Positions 25,748 to 37,797 of a DNA stretch of 64,000 nt are shown one piece after another. This DNA is from Blastocladiella emersonii ATCC 22665 (Eukaryota > Fungi > Blastocladiomycota). The translations under genes and the position numbers were made by a program. The notes below the pieces were generated by a model. That model was not told where the DNA came from. It did no database searches and saw only the letters and a program-made list of their open reading frames with translations. The stretch lies in contig JANHCV010000001.1 of assembly GCA_025594325.1 (NCBI GenBank), positions 2,666,001 to 2,730,000 of the forward strand. Reading direction: 5' to 3'. Positions within the stretch are counted from its first letter, which is position 1; each line of letters begins with the position of its first letter.

Positions 25748-28099
25748 ATGAGTGACGGCGAGGGCTCCGACTACGACGTTGACTCGTTCTTCGGCTACAA
25801 GGCCCCAAAGCCCGCCCTCGCGCCGGCGCCGGCTGCCCGCGCTGCCCCGGCCAAGGCCGCGCCGCGCCCCTCCAAGCAGCGCCCAACACGGCCTGCTGGG
25901 AGTGACGATGAGGACGCTGCCGACGGCGACGTGGAGATGGCCGAGGCCGCCGCCAGCTACGACGACGACGCTGAGCACGAGGAGGAGGAGGAGGTGGAGC
26001 TCAAGCGCACGCGCCGCAGCAACAAGAAAAAGTCGGCCGCCGCCGCTGCCGCCACTCCCACCGAGCCCGAGCCCGAGATTGAGGCGATCCCCGAGACCTC
26101 GGAGCCCGGCTTCGCGCCCGTCGGCGTCAACGCGACGCTCGCGTGGCACCTCGAGACGCGCATGAACCTGGCCAACCCGACGCCCATCCAGCGCGCCGTC
26201 TACTCGTCGCTGCTCGGCCCAGGCGCCGCCAAGAACCGCGGCCGCGACGTGGCCATCCAGTCCGAGACCGGGTCCGGCAAGACGCTCAGTTTCCTCGTCC
26301 CCATCATCCAGTCGATCCTGTTCCCGACGCCCGCTCCCGAGGAGCCCATGTCGCGCGAGCTCGGCCCGCTGTGCCTCGTCCTCTCGCCCACCCGAGAGCT
26401 CGCGCTCCAGATCCACGGCGTGCTCGAGAACCTGACCAACATCTCGCGCAACACGCGCGGCGCCGCGGCCGCTTCGGCCGACGCCGAGGGCGAAGAGATC
26501 GAGGACGCGCCCGCTGCCGCCGACCAGGAGCAGGAGCAGATCCAGCTCCCGGACGGCGTCAAGATCCCGCGCCGCTGGCTCGTGTCGAGCACCATTGTCG
26601 GAGGCGAAAAGAAGAAGGCCGAGAAGGCGCGCATCCGCAAGGGCCTCAACATCATCGTGTCGACGCCCGGCCGGTTCCTCGACCACCTGCGCACCACGCG
26701 CAACCTCGACGTGTCGCGCGTGCGGTGGGTCGTGCTCGACGAGGCCGACCGCCTGCTCGACCTCGGGTTCGAGCGCGACCTCAAGGCCATCTTCGCGTAC
26801 CTCAAGGGCGAGCCCGACCCGGGCGCCAAGACGGGCATGGCGCAGGCGCGCGACCAGCCGCCCAAGGGCACGTCGCGCCCGCTCCCGCCGCCGCCGACGC
26901 CCGCGTGGCCCAAGCGCCGCCAGGTGTTCCTGTGCTCGGCGACCATGCACAAGGTCGCGCACCTCGCCGCGTGGGTCCTCGAGAACCCGCTGCACGTGTC
27001 GGCCGCGGGTATCTCGGAGGGCGGCGCCGCCACGCTCGCCGGCGGCGCCGGCCCGTCGCTGCTCAAGCACCAGTACATTATCGCGCCGCTCAAGACCAAG
27101 CTGCTCGTGCTCGCGTCGTACCTCGCCGAGATGGCGCGCGGCGGGTCTAGCGCCCCGCGCAAGCTCATCGTTTTCTTCTCGACGCGCGGCGCCGTCGACT
27201 TCTACCACCTGCTCCTCGCGCGCTTCTTCTCCGAGGACCGCACCGACCGCACGCTCGGGTACCTGTCGGGGCTCGACGTCATGAAGCTGCACGGGTCCAT
27301 GGACGCCAACGAGCGCAAGTCGGCCATTGGCGCCTTCTCGGGCGGCGCCATCGGTGGCAAGGCCGCTGCGCAGCGCAAAACGGGCGGCGCGGGCAAGGGC
27401 CAGGTGCTCATCACCACGGACGTGGCGGCGCGCGGGCTCGACCTGCAGGGCGTCGACATGATCATCCAGTTCGACGCGCCGACCGAGGTCGCCGAGTACG
27501 TGCACCGCGTGGGCCGTACGGCGCGCGCCGGGCGCAAGGGTGCGGCAGTCCTGCTCCTGGCACCGCACGAGGAGGAGTTTGCCACGGTGAACCTCAAAGA
27601 GAAGCTCGAGACGCTGGCGCCCGTGGACGTGAACAAGCGCATGGCCAAGCTGCTGCGTCTCCCGCCCGACGTGGCCGGGTCGTCGGACGAGTGGGAGAAG
27701 GCGGCGGTGCGGCTGTGGCAGATGCCCATGGAGGACTGGGTCGCGCGCGACCGCACGGCGCGCAACCTCGCCACGCTCGGGTTCCAGGCCCAGGTCAAGG
27801 GGTACGCGACGTACCCGTCCAACCTCAAGACCATCTTCCACGTCCGCAAGCTGCACCTAGGCCACCTCGCCACTACCTTCTGCCTGCGCGACGCGCCCAC
27901 GGACCTCAAGTCGCTCATGGGCCAGGGCGCCGCCAAGAACAAGGACGCGGCGGCTGGCGGTGCGGGCGCCGACGGCAAAAAGCGCAAGTTTGCCGATGGC
28001 GTCGAGTCGTACGCCAAGACGGCGGCCGACCGCGCGCAGCGCAGCATGGCGTCCGAGTTCAACACGGCCATGCCGATGCGCAAGAAGCAGCGCAAGTAG
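25748..28099 (+). CDS. DBP7: DEAD-box RNA helicase Dbp7/DDX31
   Basis: Motifs QSETGSGKT, SPTRELALQI, GGEKKKAEKARIRKGLNIIVSTPGRFLDHL (Dbp7 signature), DEAD, SAT, KLHGSM, TDVAARGLD and YVHRVGRTARAG. Confidence 0.93.
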   Translation: MSDGEGSDYDVDSFFGYKAPKPALAPAPAARAAPAKAAPRPSKQRPTRPAGSDDEDAADGDVEMAEAAASYDDDAEHEEEEEVELKRTRRSNKKKSAAAAAATPTEPEPEIEAIPETSEPGFAPVGVNATLAWHLETRMNLANPTPIQRAVYSSLLGPGAAKNRGRDVAIQSETGSGKTLSFLVPIIQSILFPTPAPEEPMSRELGPLCLVLSPTRELALQIHGVLENLTNISRNTRGAAAASADAEGEEIEDAPAAADQEQEQIQLPDGVKIPRRWLVSSTIVGGEKKKAEKARIRKGLNIIVSTPGRFLDHLRTTRNLDVSRVRWVVLDEADRLLDLGFERDLKAIFAYLKGEPDPGAKTGMAQARDQPPKGTSRPLPPPPTPAWPKRRQVFLCSATMHKVAHLAAWVLENPLHVSAAGISEGGAATLAGGAGPSLLKHQYIIAPLKTKLLVLASYLAEMARGGSSAPRKLIVFFSTRGAVDFYHLLLARFFSEDRTDRTLGYLSGLDVMKLHGSMDANERKSAIGAFSGGAIGGKAAAQRKTGGAGKGQVLITTDVAARGLDLQGVDMIIQFDAPTEVAEYVHRVGRTARAGRKGAAVLLLAPHEEEFATVNLKEKLETLAPVDVNKRMAKLLRLPPDVAGSSDEWEKAAVRLWQMPMEDWVARDRTARNLATLGFQAQVKGYATYPSNLKTIFHVRKLHLGHLATTFCLRDAPTDLKSLMGQGAAKNKDAAAGGAGADGKKRKFADGVESYAKTAADRAQRSMASEFNTAMPMRKKQRK

Positions 28100-28144
28100 G
28101 CGGTTTTGGGGGTAAGAGAGAAGACATATAGATTCACATTTAGT

Positions 28145-29183
28145 CTACTCTACCCAACGTGCTGGCGCTCGGTCTCCCCCGGCTCGCGGCTCGGCCAGCG
28201 GCGGCAGCTTGAGTAGCGGCGAGACCTCGGTCAGCACAGCCGACCACGTCCACACCGAGTCCTTTTCGGCCATGACGGTCGCGCACCCGCTGAGCGCGGC
28301 GCCCGCAAGGAGCTGGAGGTCGACGGCCTCGGTCGCGATGGCGTTGCGGCGCATCGACCCGGTCCCGCCGCCCGACCCGCTGCTGCCCGTGGACCCGAGC
28401 GACCCGTTGCTGCCGAGCTGGCTGCCGCTCCCGTCGGCGCCGGCCCACAGGTCCTGCGAGGTGCCGATGGGCACGTCGACGGCGAGGTCCGCGTCGCTGT
28501 CGGGCTCCTCGAAGGCCTGCAGGGCCTGGAGCGCGGGGCGGGCGAGCGCGCTCGCGACCGAGCTCGAGGTGCGGTCCGTCAGGCCGTCGGACGACGTCGA
28601 CCCGCCGAACCCGCCGCGCCGCGTACTGCTCCCGCTCGACCGCGAGCTGTGGATCGTGCTCGAGGACGCGGCTTGCTCGACGGCCGACTCGACGCCGTCT
28701 AGCGCGTCGTGTGATTTGGCGGAGGAGTTTTCTATGAGCAGATCAGTGGTTAGAGATGGTAGGGCGACCAGAGTGCTGCCGGGCCGTACTGCTCGAGTCC
28801 GTGTCGTTGGACCGGCTGCGGGTCAGGGCCTTGGGTGACTTTGGCTGCGACTCGAGCGTGCGCGCGTTGAACCAGCCATTACCCGCATCCCCACGCTTGC
28901 GCGCGCGGCCCGCGACGGCCGAGATGGCGCGCCCGTTGATCTTCTGGCTCTGCGTCGTCGAGCTGGCGGCGGCATCGGCGGGGTTCGGCGTGAGGGGCGT
29001 CGGTGTGGACGGCGTGGGGGCCTCCTTGAGGACCGTCTCCTCGACGTCGGCAGCATCGGTGAAGGCGGCGTGCAGCTGCGTGAACGACGCGGTGCGCGTC
29101 TCGAGGTCGCGCGCCACGTCGTCGCCCGTCGACTTGATAAACTTTTTGGCCCGGCGGCCGAATTGCGCGAGCTTGTCGCTCAT
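28145..29183 (-). CDS. IFT43: Intraflagellar transport protein 43-like (IFT-A subunit), divergent
   Basis: Intron 28732-28789 (GTACGG...CTAAC...TAG) joins two ORFs. N-terminal GRRA, a GW motif, and C-terminal VDLQLL...EKDSVWTWSAVLTEVS (cf. IFT43 IDLKLL...EDDVGWDWDHLFTEVS). Confidence 0.7.
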
Positions 29184-29685
29184 GGTTGCTTCATGGGATG
29201 GTGGTGCTTGCCCATTGACCGCGGCGGCGCGACGGAGACTTGAGATGGAAGACGCGAGACGCGTCGCGCGACGCGACGCGACGCGATCGGATGGGCGGGA
29301 AACGTGACCGGCGTGACTCATGCATTGATGGTTGCAGGATATCCGGCCGCCCACTCCCAATAAAAATCCGCGAGCACGCGCGCGCTGATTTTAAATATTC
29401 GCATTCATAAGCGACAAGGTCGGCGGCCGCCGCTCACGTCACCGCACGCGAGGTGACGGAGCGGAGGAGCGGTCGGGGCGGCCGGGCCGAGCCGGCGGAG
29501 GCCGCTGACGTCGGGACATGATCCGTCGCGTCCTCAACAGCAGGCGCGCGCGATAGGCGACCGACCACCCCAACCCCCAAGCCTTCAAGTGCACGCCCGC
29601 TCCCCGCGACCCATCCTCTCTCTCGCCCACCTCAACGCGCGCGTCTCCGTTGCCCGACCCACCCCCACCCATCCCACGATCCACC

Positions 29686-31476
29686 ATGACTGAGGCTGTG
29701 TACGTGGGAGCCTCTCCGCTCGCACCTCGCCCGCGCGGCACGCGCGACGGATGAAGACGACGACGACACCATGTATCGACAACACTGTCAGCGACGCGAC
29801 GCAGGCGAGCTGCCGCGAGCGAGCGCCACCGTCGACAACGTCGTCATCAGATTCGTCGCGCCGCGACCGCCACGCGCGAGCGTGTGAAGCAGCGCTGCCG
29901 CCGCCGTGTTCCCGCCGAGCTCACACGCGCCACCACGCGCCCGTTCCCCCCGTAGTGCTGACATTGGTCTTATCGGTCTGGCCGTCATGGTACGATCTCG
30001 TCGACGACGCGACGTAAGCAAGCCGCGGTACTGACGCGCCTCCTCTTCGCACGAACGCAGGGCCAGAACCTGATCCTCAACATGGACGACCACGGCTTCG
30101 TCGTGTGCGCGTACAACCGCACGGTCGCCAAGGTCGACCAGTTCCTCGAGAACGAGGCCAAGGGCACCAAGATCGTGGGCGCGCACTCGATCGAGGAGCT
30201 GTGCGCCAAGCTCAAGCGCCCGCGCAAGGTGATGCTGCTGGTCAAGGCGGGCCAGGCCGTCGACGACTTCATCGCGCAGCTGCTGCCGTACCTTGAGAAG
30301 GGCGACATCATCATCGACGGCGGCAACTCGCACTTCCCCGACTCGATCCGCCGCACGCGCCAGCTCGAGGGCATGGGCATCCATTTCGTCGGCGCCGGCG
30401 TGTCGGGCGGCGAGGAGGGCGCGCGCTACGGGCCCTCGATCATGCCCGGCGGCTCGCCCGCGGCGTGGCCCCACCTCAAGCCCATTTTCCAGGCCATCAC
30501 GGCCAAGGCGGACGGCGACCCGTGCTGCGACTGGGTCGGCGAGACGGGCTCGGGCCACTACGTCAAGATGGTGCACAACGGCATCGAGTACGGCGACATG
30601 CAGCTCATCTGCGAGGGCTACCACATCATGAAGTCGATGCTCGGCATGAAGCCCGACGAGATTGGCGAGGTGTTCACCAACTGGAACCGCGGCGACCTCG
30701 ACTCGTTCCTCATGGAGATCACCTCCGAGATTGTCAAGTTCAAGGACGAGGACGGCGCCCCGCTCGTCGAGAAGATCCGCGATACCGCCGGCCAGAAGGG
30801 CACGGGCAAGTGGACCGCCATCTCGGCGCTCGACCTCGGCATGCCCGTGACGCTGATCGGCGAGGCCGTGTTCGCGCGGTGCCTGTCGGCGCTCAAGGAC
30901 GAGCGCGCGCGCGCCTCGACGATCCTGGCCGGCCCCAAGCCGGGCATCGACGCCAACTTCACGGGCGACAAGGCGCTGTTCCTCAAGGACCTCGAGAACG
31001 CGCTGTACGCGGCCAAGCTCATCTCGTACGCGCAGGGCTTCATGCTGCTGCGCGAGGCGGCCAAGGAGCAGGGCTGGCACCTCAACAACGGCGGTATCGC
31101 GCTCATGTGGCGCGGCGGGTGCATCATCCGGTCCCGCTTCCTCGGCGACATCAAGAAGGCCTTCGACCGCAACCCGGACCTCGAGAACCTGCTGTTCGAC
31201 CCCTTCTTCAAGACGGTGCTCGACCGCACGCAGTCGTCGTGGCGCCGCGTCGTCGCCCAGGCCACGCTGCTCGGCGTCCCCGTGCCGGCCCTGTCGTCGG
31301 CGCTCGCCTTCTACGACGGGTACCGCACCGAGTACCTGCCCGCCAACCTGCTCCAGGCGCAGCGCGACTACTTTGGCGCCCACACGTACGAGCGCACCAA
31401 CGCCCCCGGCAAGTGGGAGCACACCAACTGGACGGGCCGCGGCGGCCGCGTCGCCTCGTCGACGTACAACGCCTAA
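29686..31476 (+). CDS. GND1: 6-phosphogluconate dehydrogenase, decarboxylating
   Basis: Spliced start MTEAVADIGLIGLAVMGQNLILNM (introns 29700-29955, 29990-30060). Motifs IIIDGGNSHF, VSGGEEGARYGPSIMPGG, VKMVHNGIEYGDMQLI and QAQRDYFGAHTY. Confidence 0.98.
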
Positions 31477-31779
31477 GGAGCGCGGCCGGCTGGTTCCCGC
31501 CCTCGTCGCTTGTCGCCGTCGTTGTCTAGCCTCTCTGTGAATACATGGTCTTCTCCCTGCAGCACACTTGGAGTCCTCGCCGTGGGTTGAGCGACGTGGC
31601 GACACGACGCGATAAGACTCGCCCGCTCGCACGTGTGGGCTGCAGCACGCGTTTGCCCAGCGCGTCGCTAATCGTTCGTTCTCACGCCCGCCGATCCCCG
31701 CTCCCCAACAACGAACACCCACCCACGCGCTCTGCAACGCAACGTAACACAACGCATCAAACCCAACCTCATCATCACC

Positions 31780-32442
31780 ATGGCCGTCGACTACTCGCAG
31801 CACCTGGACGAGCTGACGTCGCACCTGGCGGCGGCGGGTCTCGAAACGTCGCCCATGACGCAGGCCGCGCTAGCGGCGGACCCGACCGTCGCGCCGCTGT
31901 CGGGCCGCCTCCTCGCGCGCACCGTGTGCGACGCGGCGTGGGTCGCGGCCGGCCGTGCGCTGCCGTCGTCGCCCGAGCTGCAGGCCCAGATCGCCGACGC
32001 GGTCGTTGGGTTCCTCACCGACTGTCTCACGACGCTCCCGCCACCGCTCCCAAACAAGACGGAGGGCGAGGCCCCGGCGGCAGTGCCCGCGCTCCTCCCG
32101 TACCACGCGCTGCCGCTGTACTACGTGGTGCGCAACGCGCTGGTGCGCGCCATGTGGCCGCGCGACGCGGTGGTGGCGCTCGTCGAGGCGCGGCCGAGCG
32201 CCGAGGTCGAGGTGCGCGGCGAGGTCGAGACGGTTCTCGGCCAGGTGTACGCGACGGTCTCGGTCCAGACCCAGCTCCTCGCACTGTACGGCGGGTCGGC
32301 TACGCTGCTTCGCTGGCTCACCGACGAGGAGGACGAGGATGAGGTCGGCGAGGATGACGTCGAGGCGGTTGCCGAGGGCGTGGCCAAGGTCCAGATCGAC
32401 GGCGTCGAGGGCGATGAGCACGAGGTGCACGCGAGCGCCTGA
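31780..32442 (+). CDS. Hypothetical helical protein (220 aa)
   Basis: ccATG context and high-GC3 codon pattern; no motif recognised. Confidence 0.6.
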   Translation: MAVDYSQHLDELTSHLAAAGLETSPMTQAALAADPTVAPLSGRLLARTVCDAAWVAAGRALPSSPELQAQIADAVVGFLTDCLTTLPPPLPNKTEGEAPAAVPALLPYHALPLYYVVRNALVRAMWPRDAVVALVEARPSAEVEVRGEVETVLGQVYATVSVQTQLLALYGGSATLLRWLTDEEDEDEVGEDDVEAVAEGVAKVQIDGVEGDEHEVHASA

Positions 32443-32521
32443 GCATGAGAGCATCACACAAAGAGGAATGGAATGGAATACACATCTTGTACATATGGAA
32501 ACAAAACTGGGTTGGACACGA

Positions 32522-33274
32522 TCAGTAGGCCGTCGGCGTCGGCGCTGCGGTCATGGGCGCGTCCTCAAGCTCCGTGTCGACCGAGCTCGTTTCGGCCAGC
32601 TCGTCGGCGAGCACCGGCGGGTCGACGACGGTCAGGTCCTCGGCGAACCGGACCGCCTTGGCCGACATGCTCCGGCGGCGGGATCCCGGCGTCGCCGTAG
32701 ACGTCTCGGGGAGCGGCGGGATCGGCGGCGCACGCTCGGCCTCGAGGCGCTGGACGAGCCGCTCCTTCTCGTCGACGACGCGGTCGAGCGTGACCTTGAC
32801 CATGGCGAGCTCCTCGATGACCTTTCTGCGCCGCGCGTGGCTCGAGTTGTAGAGCTCGGCGAGCGACGCGTTCTTGGAGATCTCGGCCATGTACGCGTCG
32901 CGCAGGCTCTCGAGCTCGCGCCGCGTCGAGTCGAGCGCCGACTCGCGGTCGCGCAGCATGGCCTCGAGCCGCTCCTCCTCGGCGTTCTTGACCGCCAGCA
33001 GCGCCGCGCTCTGCGCGCCCAGCAGGTCGCCGCGCATGTACGCCGACGTCAGCGCCTGCGTCGTCTCGGCAATGTCGTCGCGCAGCTTGATCAGCGGCGC
33101 CTCGAGCGACGGCGGCAGCACCGTGTGCACGACCCGCGCGACGAGGCGGGCGAGTGAGCGCAGCGCGAGGGGGGATTTGGACCGCGACGCGCTGCTCGAG
33201 TCGCCGCTCATGTCCGTGTCCGAGGGGCCGGAACGCTCCGAGCGCCGGCCGCGCGGCTGGTCGTCGTCGGACAT
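32522..33274 (-). CDS. Hypothetical coiled-coil protein
   Basis: accATG start MSDDDQPRG; heptad-rich middle (LEAMLRDRESALDSTRRELESLR...); high GC3. Confidence 0.6.
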   Translation of the reverse strand: MSDDDQPRGRRSERSGPSDTDMSGDSSSASRSKSPLALRSLARLVARVVHTVLPPSLEAPLIKLRDDIAETTQALTSAYMRGDLLGAQSAALLAVKNAEEERLEAMLRDRESALDSTRRELESLRDAYMAEISKNASLAELYNSSHARRRKVIEELAMVKVTLDRVVDEKERLVQRLEAERAPPIPPLPETSTATPGSRRRSMSAKAVRFAEDLTVVDPPVLADELAETSSVDTELEDAPMTAAPTPTAY

Positions 33275-33572
33275 GGTGTAGTGGTGGTGCGGGTAGTGGT
33301 GGACGGGGTCTTCGTGGCGCTGGGGCCTCGGCAGAATCGGCAAGTGCAGGAGTCGCTGCTGCAGCAAGTGATGCGTTGCGTTGCACGGCGGCGCGTTTGA
33401 TACGTTGCAAAGAGTCGGCGTTGCTCACGGCGATGATGTTGCTTCGCACGGGTGAGAGAGGGGGAGAGGAAGCTCAAGACGAAACCCCCGAGGAGCGAGC
33501 GGCCCCACGCTGGCCAGCGGGCACGCACCCGGTCCCTGGCTGCAGCCTGGGTTGAAAGCGGACCCGTCTATT

Positions 33573-34674
33573 CTATGACCTCATCATCGCACGATCAGTC
33601 GACCAGCTCAGGACCGTAGGCCCGGCGACGGCCGAGTGCTGGCGCGCGACGAGCCCGACGCGGTCGAACAGCTCGGCCACGACGCGGGCGTCGCCGCCGC
33701 CGGCCGTGTAGGCGTGGCCGAAGACGACCTCGCGGACGCCGCACTGGACGAGTTTCTTGGCGCACCCGAGGCACGGGAACGTGGTGCAGTACAGGGTAGC
33801 GCCGGCGGCGGCGCGGCCAACCTCGAGCAGCGCGTTCTCCTCGGCGTGCATGCACAGGCACGCGTCAAGCCCGTCGCCCGCGCGCGCCGTGGCCGCGTTG
33901 CACCGCGCGCACCCGCCGTGGTTGCAGTTGACGAGCCCGCGCGGCGTCCCGTTGTAGCCCGTCGACAGCACCCGGCACTGCGCGTTCACCAGCAGGCACC
34001 CGACGCGACGCTTCATGCAGTTGGACCGCCGCGCGGCGAGGTCGCACAGCGACATGAAGTACGAGTCCCACCCGGGACGTAGCCGGTCGGACGAGAGCAG
34101 GTTCGAGGCGCGCAGCATTGCGTGCAGGTCGGCCACGGTCGGCGCGTCGTTGCAGATGGCCACGTCGGCGCGGATCGTCGACGCGTAGTGCGCGCCGCAC
34201 GTCAGGCGGTCTTGCTCGGCGATCATGTCCGGGAGAGCCGTCCTACACGCAGCAGCAACGGATGAGATTGGGTCGGGTACGACCGAGCAGCGAGAGATCA
34301 TACAGCGGCAGACCCGACCGCGCAAACTTGACCATGGCCGGCGCGTCGACGGCCACGACGAGGACAAATGGCCGCTTGCGCAGTGCGGCCATGGCGCTCG
34401 CATCGTGCAGGCCGAGGACGACCCAGTTGCTGCGCCACCGGTCCTCGCTCAGGACGTGGCTCTCGATCTACGTCACGACGCGTCAGTCCATGGACTCGTC
34501 ATGCTCGTGGTAAGAGCGCACCTCGTCGACGGAGGAGAAGGTGACGGCGCCGTCGTAGACGGACTCGGTCGCCGGAGTGGCAAGCTGGAGGGCCGAGAAG
34601 CCCCACTCGTCGGCGAGGAAGCGCGCGATGGTGCGCTTGCCGGCGTAGCGCGGGCCGGCGAGGATGATGAGCAT
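33573..34674 (-). CDS. DCD1: dCMP deaminase with N-terminal P-loop-like region (fungal type)
   Basis: Motifs GPRYAGK; RPGWDSYFM.L..LAARRSNCMKRRVG; STGYNGTPRG; HAEENAL; FPCLGCAK. Two introns. Confidence 0.93.
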
Positions 34675-35518
34675 GGTGCGCAAGGTCTAGTCGCGATACA
34701 TGTGTGGTGGAGCCGTCTCCGTGGCCGGATCAACGCGACAGAGCCGAGAGAGACAACGCGCGAGACAGATGGGTCATACCGCACGTGGTGGCCGTGACTC
34801 GGCTTGGCGGCTATTCCGAGGACTCGGCGAACAGCGGAGGCGGCCAGCCCGCCGAACGGGCCGCGGCGCCTCTCTCTCCCCCAGCCTGCCCGTTGGAAAT
34901 CGCCGCCGCGTATTACGTCCACGCCCGCTGCCCTCTCCCTCGCCCGCGACTGGCTGCACTCGTCTCGCCCGACTGCCGCCCGCCGTCCTTCGCTTCCGTC
35001 GAAACTCGTCTCCTTCGGCCGAACCGAACGACTGCCTCCGACACGCTCCACCAGGCGCTGCCCGCCGACCTCGCCCGCGCCGCCCGCCGCCGCCCCCGAC
35101 GCACTCCCCTCCCCTGCTAGCCGCACCCAGCTCGCCCGCCTCTCCCCCCGCGCAGCTACCTCCCGCCAGTCTATGCACTCGCACCCCCAGTAGTCTCCCC
35201 GCCTACGCCCAGCTCTCTCAGCTACCCTCGCTTCTCACCCAAGCGTTTCCGCCAGAGGACCATGAACTATTTCTTCTTCTCCTCGGGAAACCACGTTGGC
35301 CGCGACGTCGATTAGTCCAGAAATCGCTCTGTCTCGTCCTTTGAACCACACACTACTCCATCATCCTCTGCTCGCTTCGTTCTTCCGTCCCTTCCAGTTG
35401 TTACTCTATCCGCCCCTCCTCCTCGCGCTCTCCTCCTCCCTCCTTGCACCCTCTCCCCCTTCCTCACCATCACTAAGCTCTTTCGCCTGAGCTCTTCCAC
35501 GCCCTCGACTCGATTTTG

Positions 35519-35619
35519 GTACGGCCGCTTTCCGCTGCTGCCCGCTTGGCTCCCGTTCGTTCGTCCATCATGCTCATGCGCGCCGCCCGCCCTTTTCACG
35601 CGCACCTTCCCTCCCGCAG
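35519..35619 (+). promoter_or_regulatory. Probable 5'-UTR intron of the GATA gene, within a long pyrimidine-rich leader
   Basis: GTACGG donor, GCTCAT branch-like site and CCCGCAG acceptor, 45 nt upstream of the ATG. Confidence 0.5.
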
Positions 35620-35664
35620 CGTCCGATCCTCCGACCGCCATCCACCGCCCCTCCACGACCGACC

Positions 35665-37797
35665 ATGACGACCTCCGGCTTCGCCAACCTCTTCGCCGAC
35701 GACTCGTTCGACCTCAACGCCTTTGGCATGGCCATGTTCAACTCGGGCTCCGCCGCCGCTGCCGCCGCCCCGGGCTCCATCTCGCCGCTCGGCCCCGCCG
35801 CCGCCATGTCGCTTGGCGACTTTGCCGCGCTCGCGTCGCCGCCGCCCATGCCGGCCCTGCCGACGGCCCAGTTCCAGGCCGCCGCCGCCCCCGCGCCGCA
35901 GCAGCCCCTCGCGCAGCCCGCTCAGTTCGTCGCCGTCTCGCAGCCCAACGGCCAGCAGACGTTCTACGCCACGGCTGCCGCCCCTGCTCCTGCTGCCCCC
36001 GCCGCCTCGTCGCCCGCCTACTACCTGTCGAGCCAGCCCGGCCAGACCATGTTCGTGCTCCAGCAGCAGCCCGGCACCGCCGCCGCACCCGCCATGCAGG
36101 CCATGCCCGCCGCCGCCCAGCCCTCGTACCAGATGGTCACGCTCCCCAACGGCACCCTCGGCCTCCTCTCGACGCCCGCCCCGCAGCAGCAGCAGCTCCA
36201 GCAGCAGCCGATGCAGACCATGGGCTACGGCATGAACATGAACATGAACTTTGGCGCCATGCCTAGCTTCATCGGCTCCATCGACCAGCAGCAGCAGCCC
36301 GCCGCCCCCGCTCCCGCCCAGTCGGCCCCCGTGCACGTCGCCCAGCCCGCCACCATCCAGCCCGTGCCCGTCGCCGCCCCGGTCCAGCAGCAGCAGCAGC
36401 AGCATCAGCAGCAGATCGTCTACTCGCAGGCCCCCGCCATGCCCATGACCATGGCTGCCGCCGCCGCCCCGCAGCAGCCCCTCGCGCAGCCAGCCCAGTT
36501 CGCCCCGCAGCAGCAGCACCTCGGCTACATGACGATCCCCACCACCACCTCGTCGTCGCCCGTGTCGTCGGTCCCCGCCTCGGCTGCCCAGTCCCGCATG
36601 CCGTCGCCCGCCCCCATGGTCGCCATCTCCTCGCCGTCGTCGGTCTCGCCCGCCCCCATGGCTGCCCTCCCGTCGGCCTCGCCGGTCCCCTCGGCGTCGC
36701 CGTCGCCCGCCATGGCCGCGGCCCCCGCCCCGGCCTCGCCCGCGGCGCTCCCCACCCCCTCGGCGAGCGAGGTCTCCTCGGCCTCGTCGTCCCGTTCCTC
36801 TTCGGTTGGCCCTGCGGCCGGCACGTCGTCGTCGATGATGGCGCCGCCGGCGGTGAGCCCCAGTGGCTCTCTGGACACCGCCGCGTCCGCGCCCGCGTCG
36901 ACGTCGACGCCGTCGCTGCCGCAGGCCGCCAAGGCCGACTCTAACAACGTGTGCTTCAACTGTGGCACCACCTCGACGCCGCTGTGGCGCCGTACCCCCG
37001 ACCGGTACGTCTTTTTGTGAAGTCGGTCTCTCGGACTTTGCTGACACCCACATTGCGCGTATAGCGCCCAGGTCCTGTGCAACGCGTGCGGTCTGTACTT
37101 CAAGACGTACGGCGAGCACCGCCCGCTCCGCCTGCGCTCGCGCAAGGGCCGCGGCTCCATGGCCCCCGGCTCGCACGACCTCGCCCAGCAGAGCCGCACC
37201 GCCGCCGTGACGGCCTCGTCGCGCCCCGCCGGTGACGCCCGCGGTGCCTCGGTCTCGCCCACCACGTCGCCCGCCCGCAAGCGCCCGGCCTCGACCGTCG
37301 ACTGGGACGAGTCGTCCGACTCGGACCTCACTCCCGCCGTGGTCCCGGCCCGCGTCACCAAGCGCCTGCGCGCCTCGGCCCCCGTGTGCGTGCAGTGCCA
37401 GGGCACGTGCTCCTCGCAGTGGCACCCGGTGCCGTCGCTGCGCCGCCGCGCGTCCACGTCGACGTCCACGTCGGGCTCCCTGACGCCGCCGCCGTCCGAC
37501 TCGGACTCGGGCGTCGAGGACGTCGAGGTGCACGTCGACCTCGTCTGCCACGCCTGCTCGCTGTTCCGCGCCCTCCAGGGCCAGGACGACCCGATGCGCG
37601 CCACGTCACCCGTTCCCTCGGCCTCGGCGTCGGCGGGTGCCCCCGCGGCGGCGGCTGCCCCCTCGTTCATGTCGGCCCTCACCGAGCTCATGAACGAGAA
37701 GAACGGCCGCGACCGCGTCGCCATGTGGCTCCAGACCTGGGAGCGCCGCGTCGCCATGGTCCGCGACCTCGTCGTCATGGCGCCCGCTGCCAAGTAA
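35665..37797 (+). CDS. GATA-type zinc-finger transcription factor with Q/P/A-rich N-terminus
   Basis: Splicing intron 37005-37064 gives [31 protein letters not shown] (C-X2-C-X18-C-X2-C). A second CxxC...CxxC pair follows. Confidence 0.9.

Noticed and set aside
29700-29955. Possible snoRNA in the unusually long GND1 intron 1
   Set aside because: No convincing C box (RUGAUGA) and D box (CUGA) pair or H/ACA hairpins found by eye.
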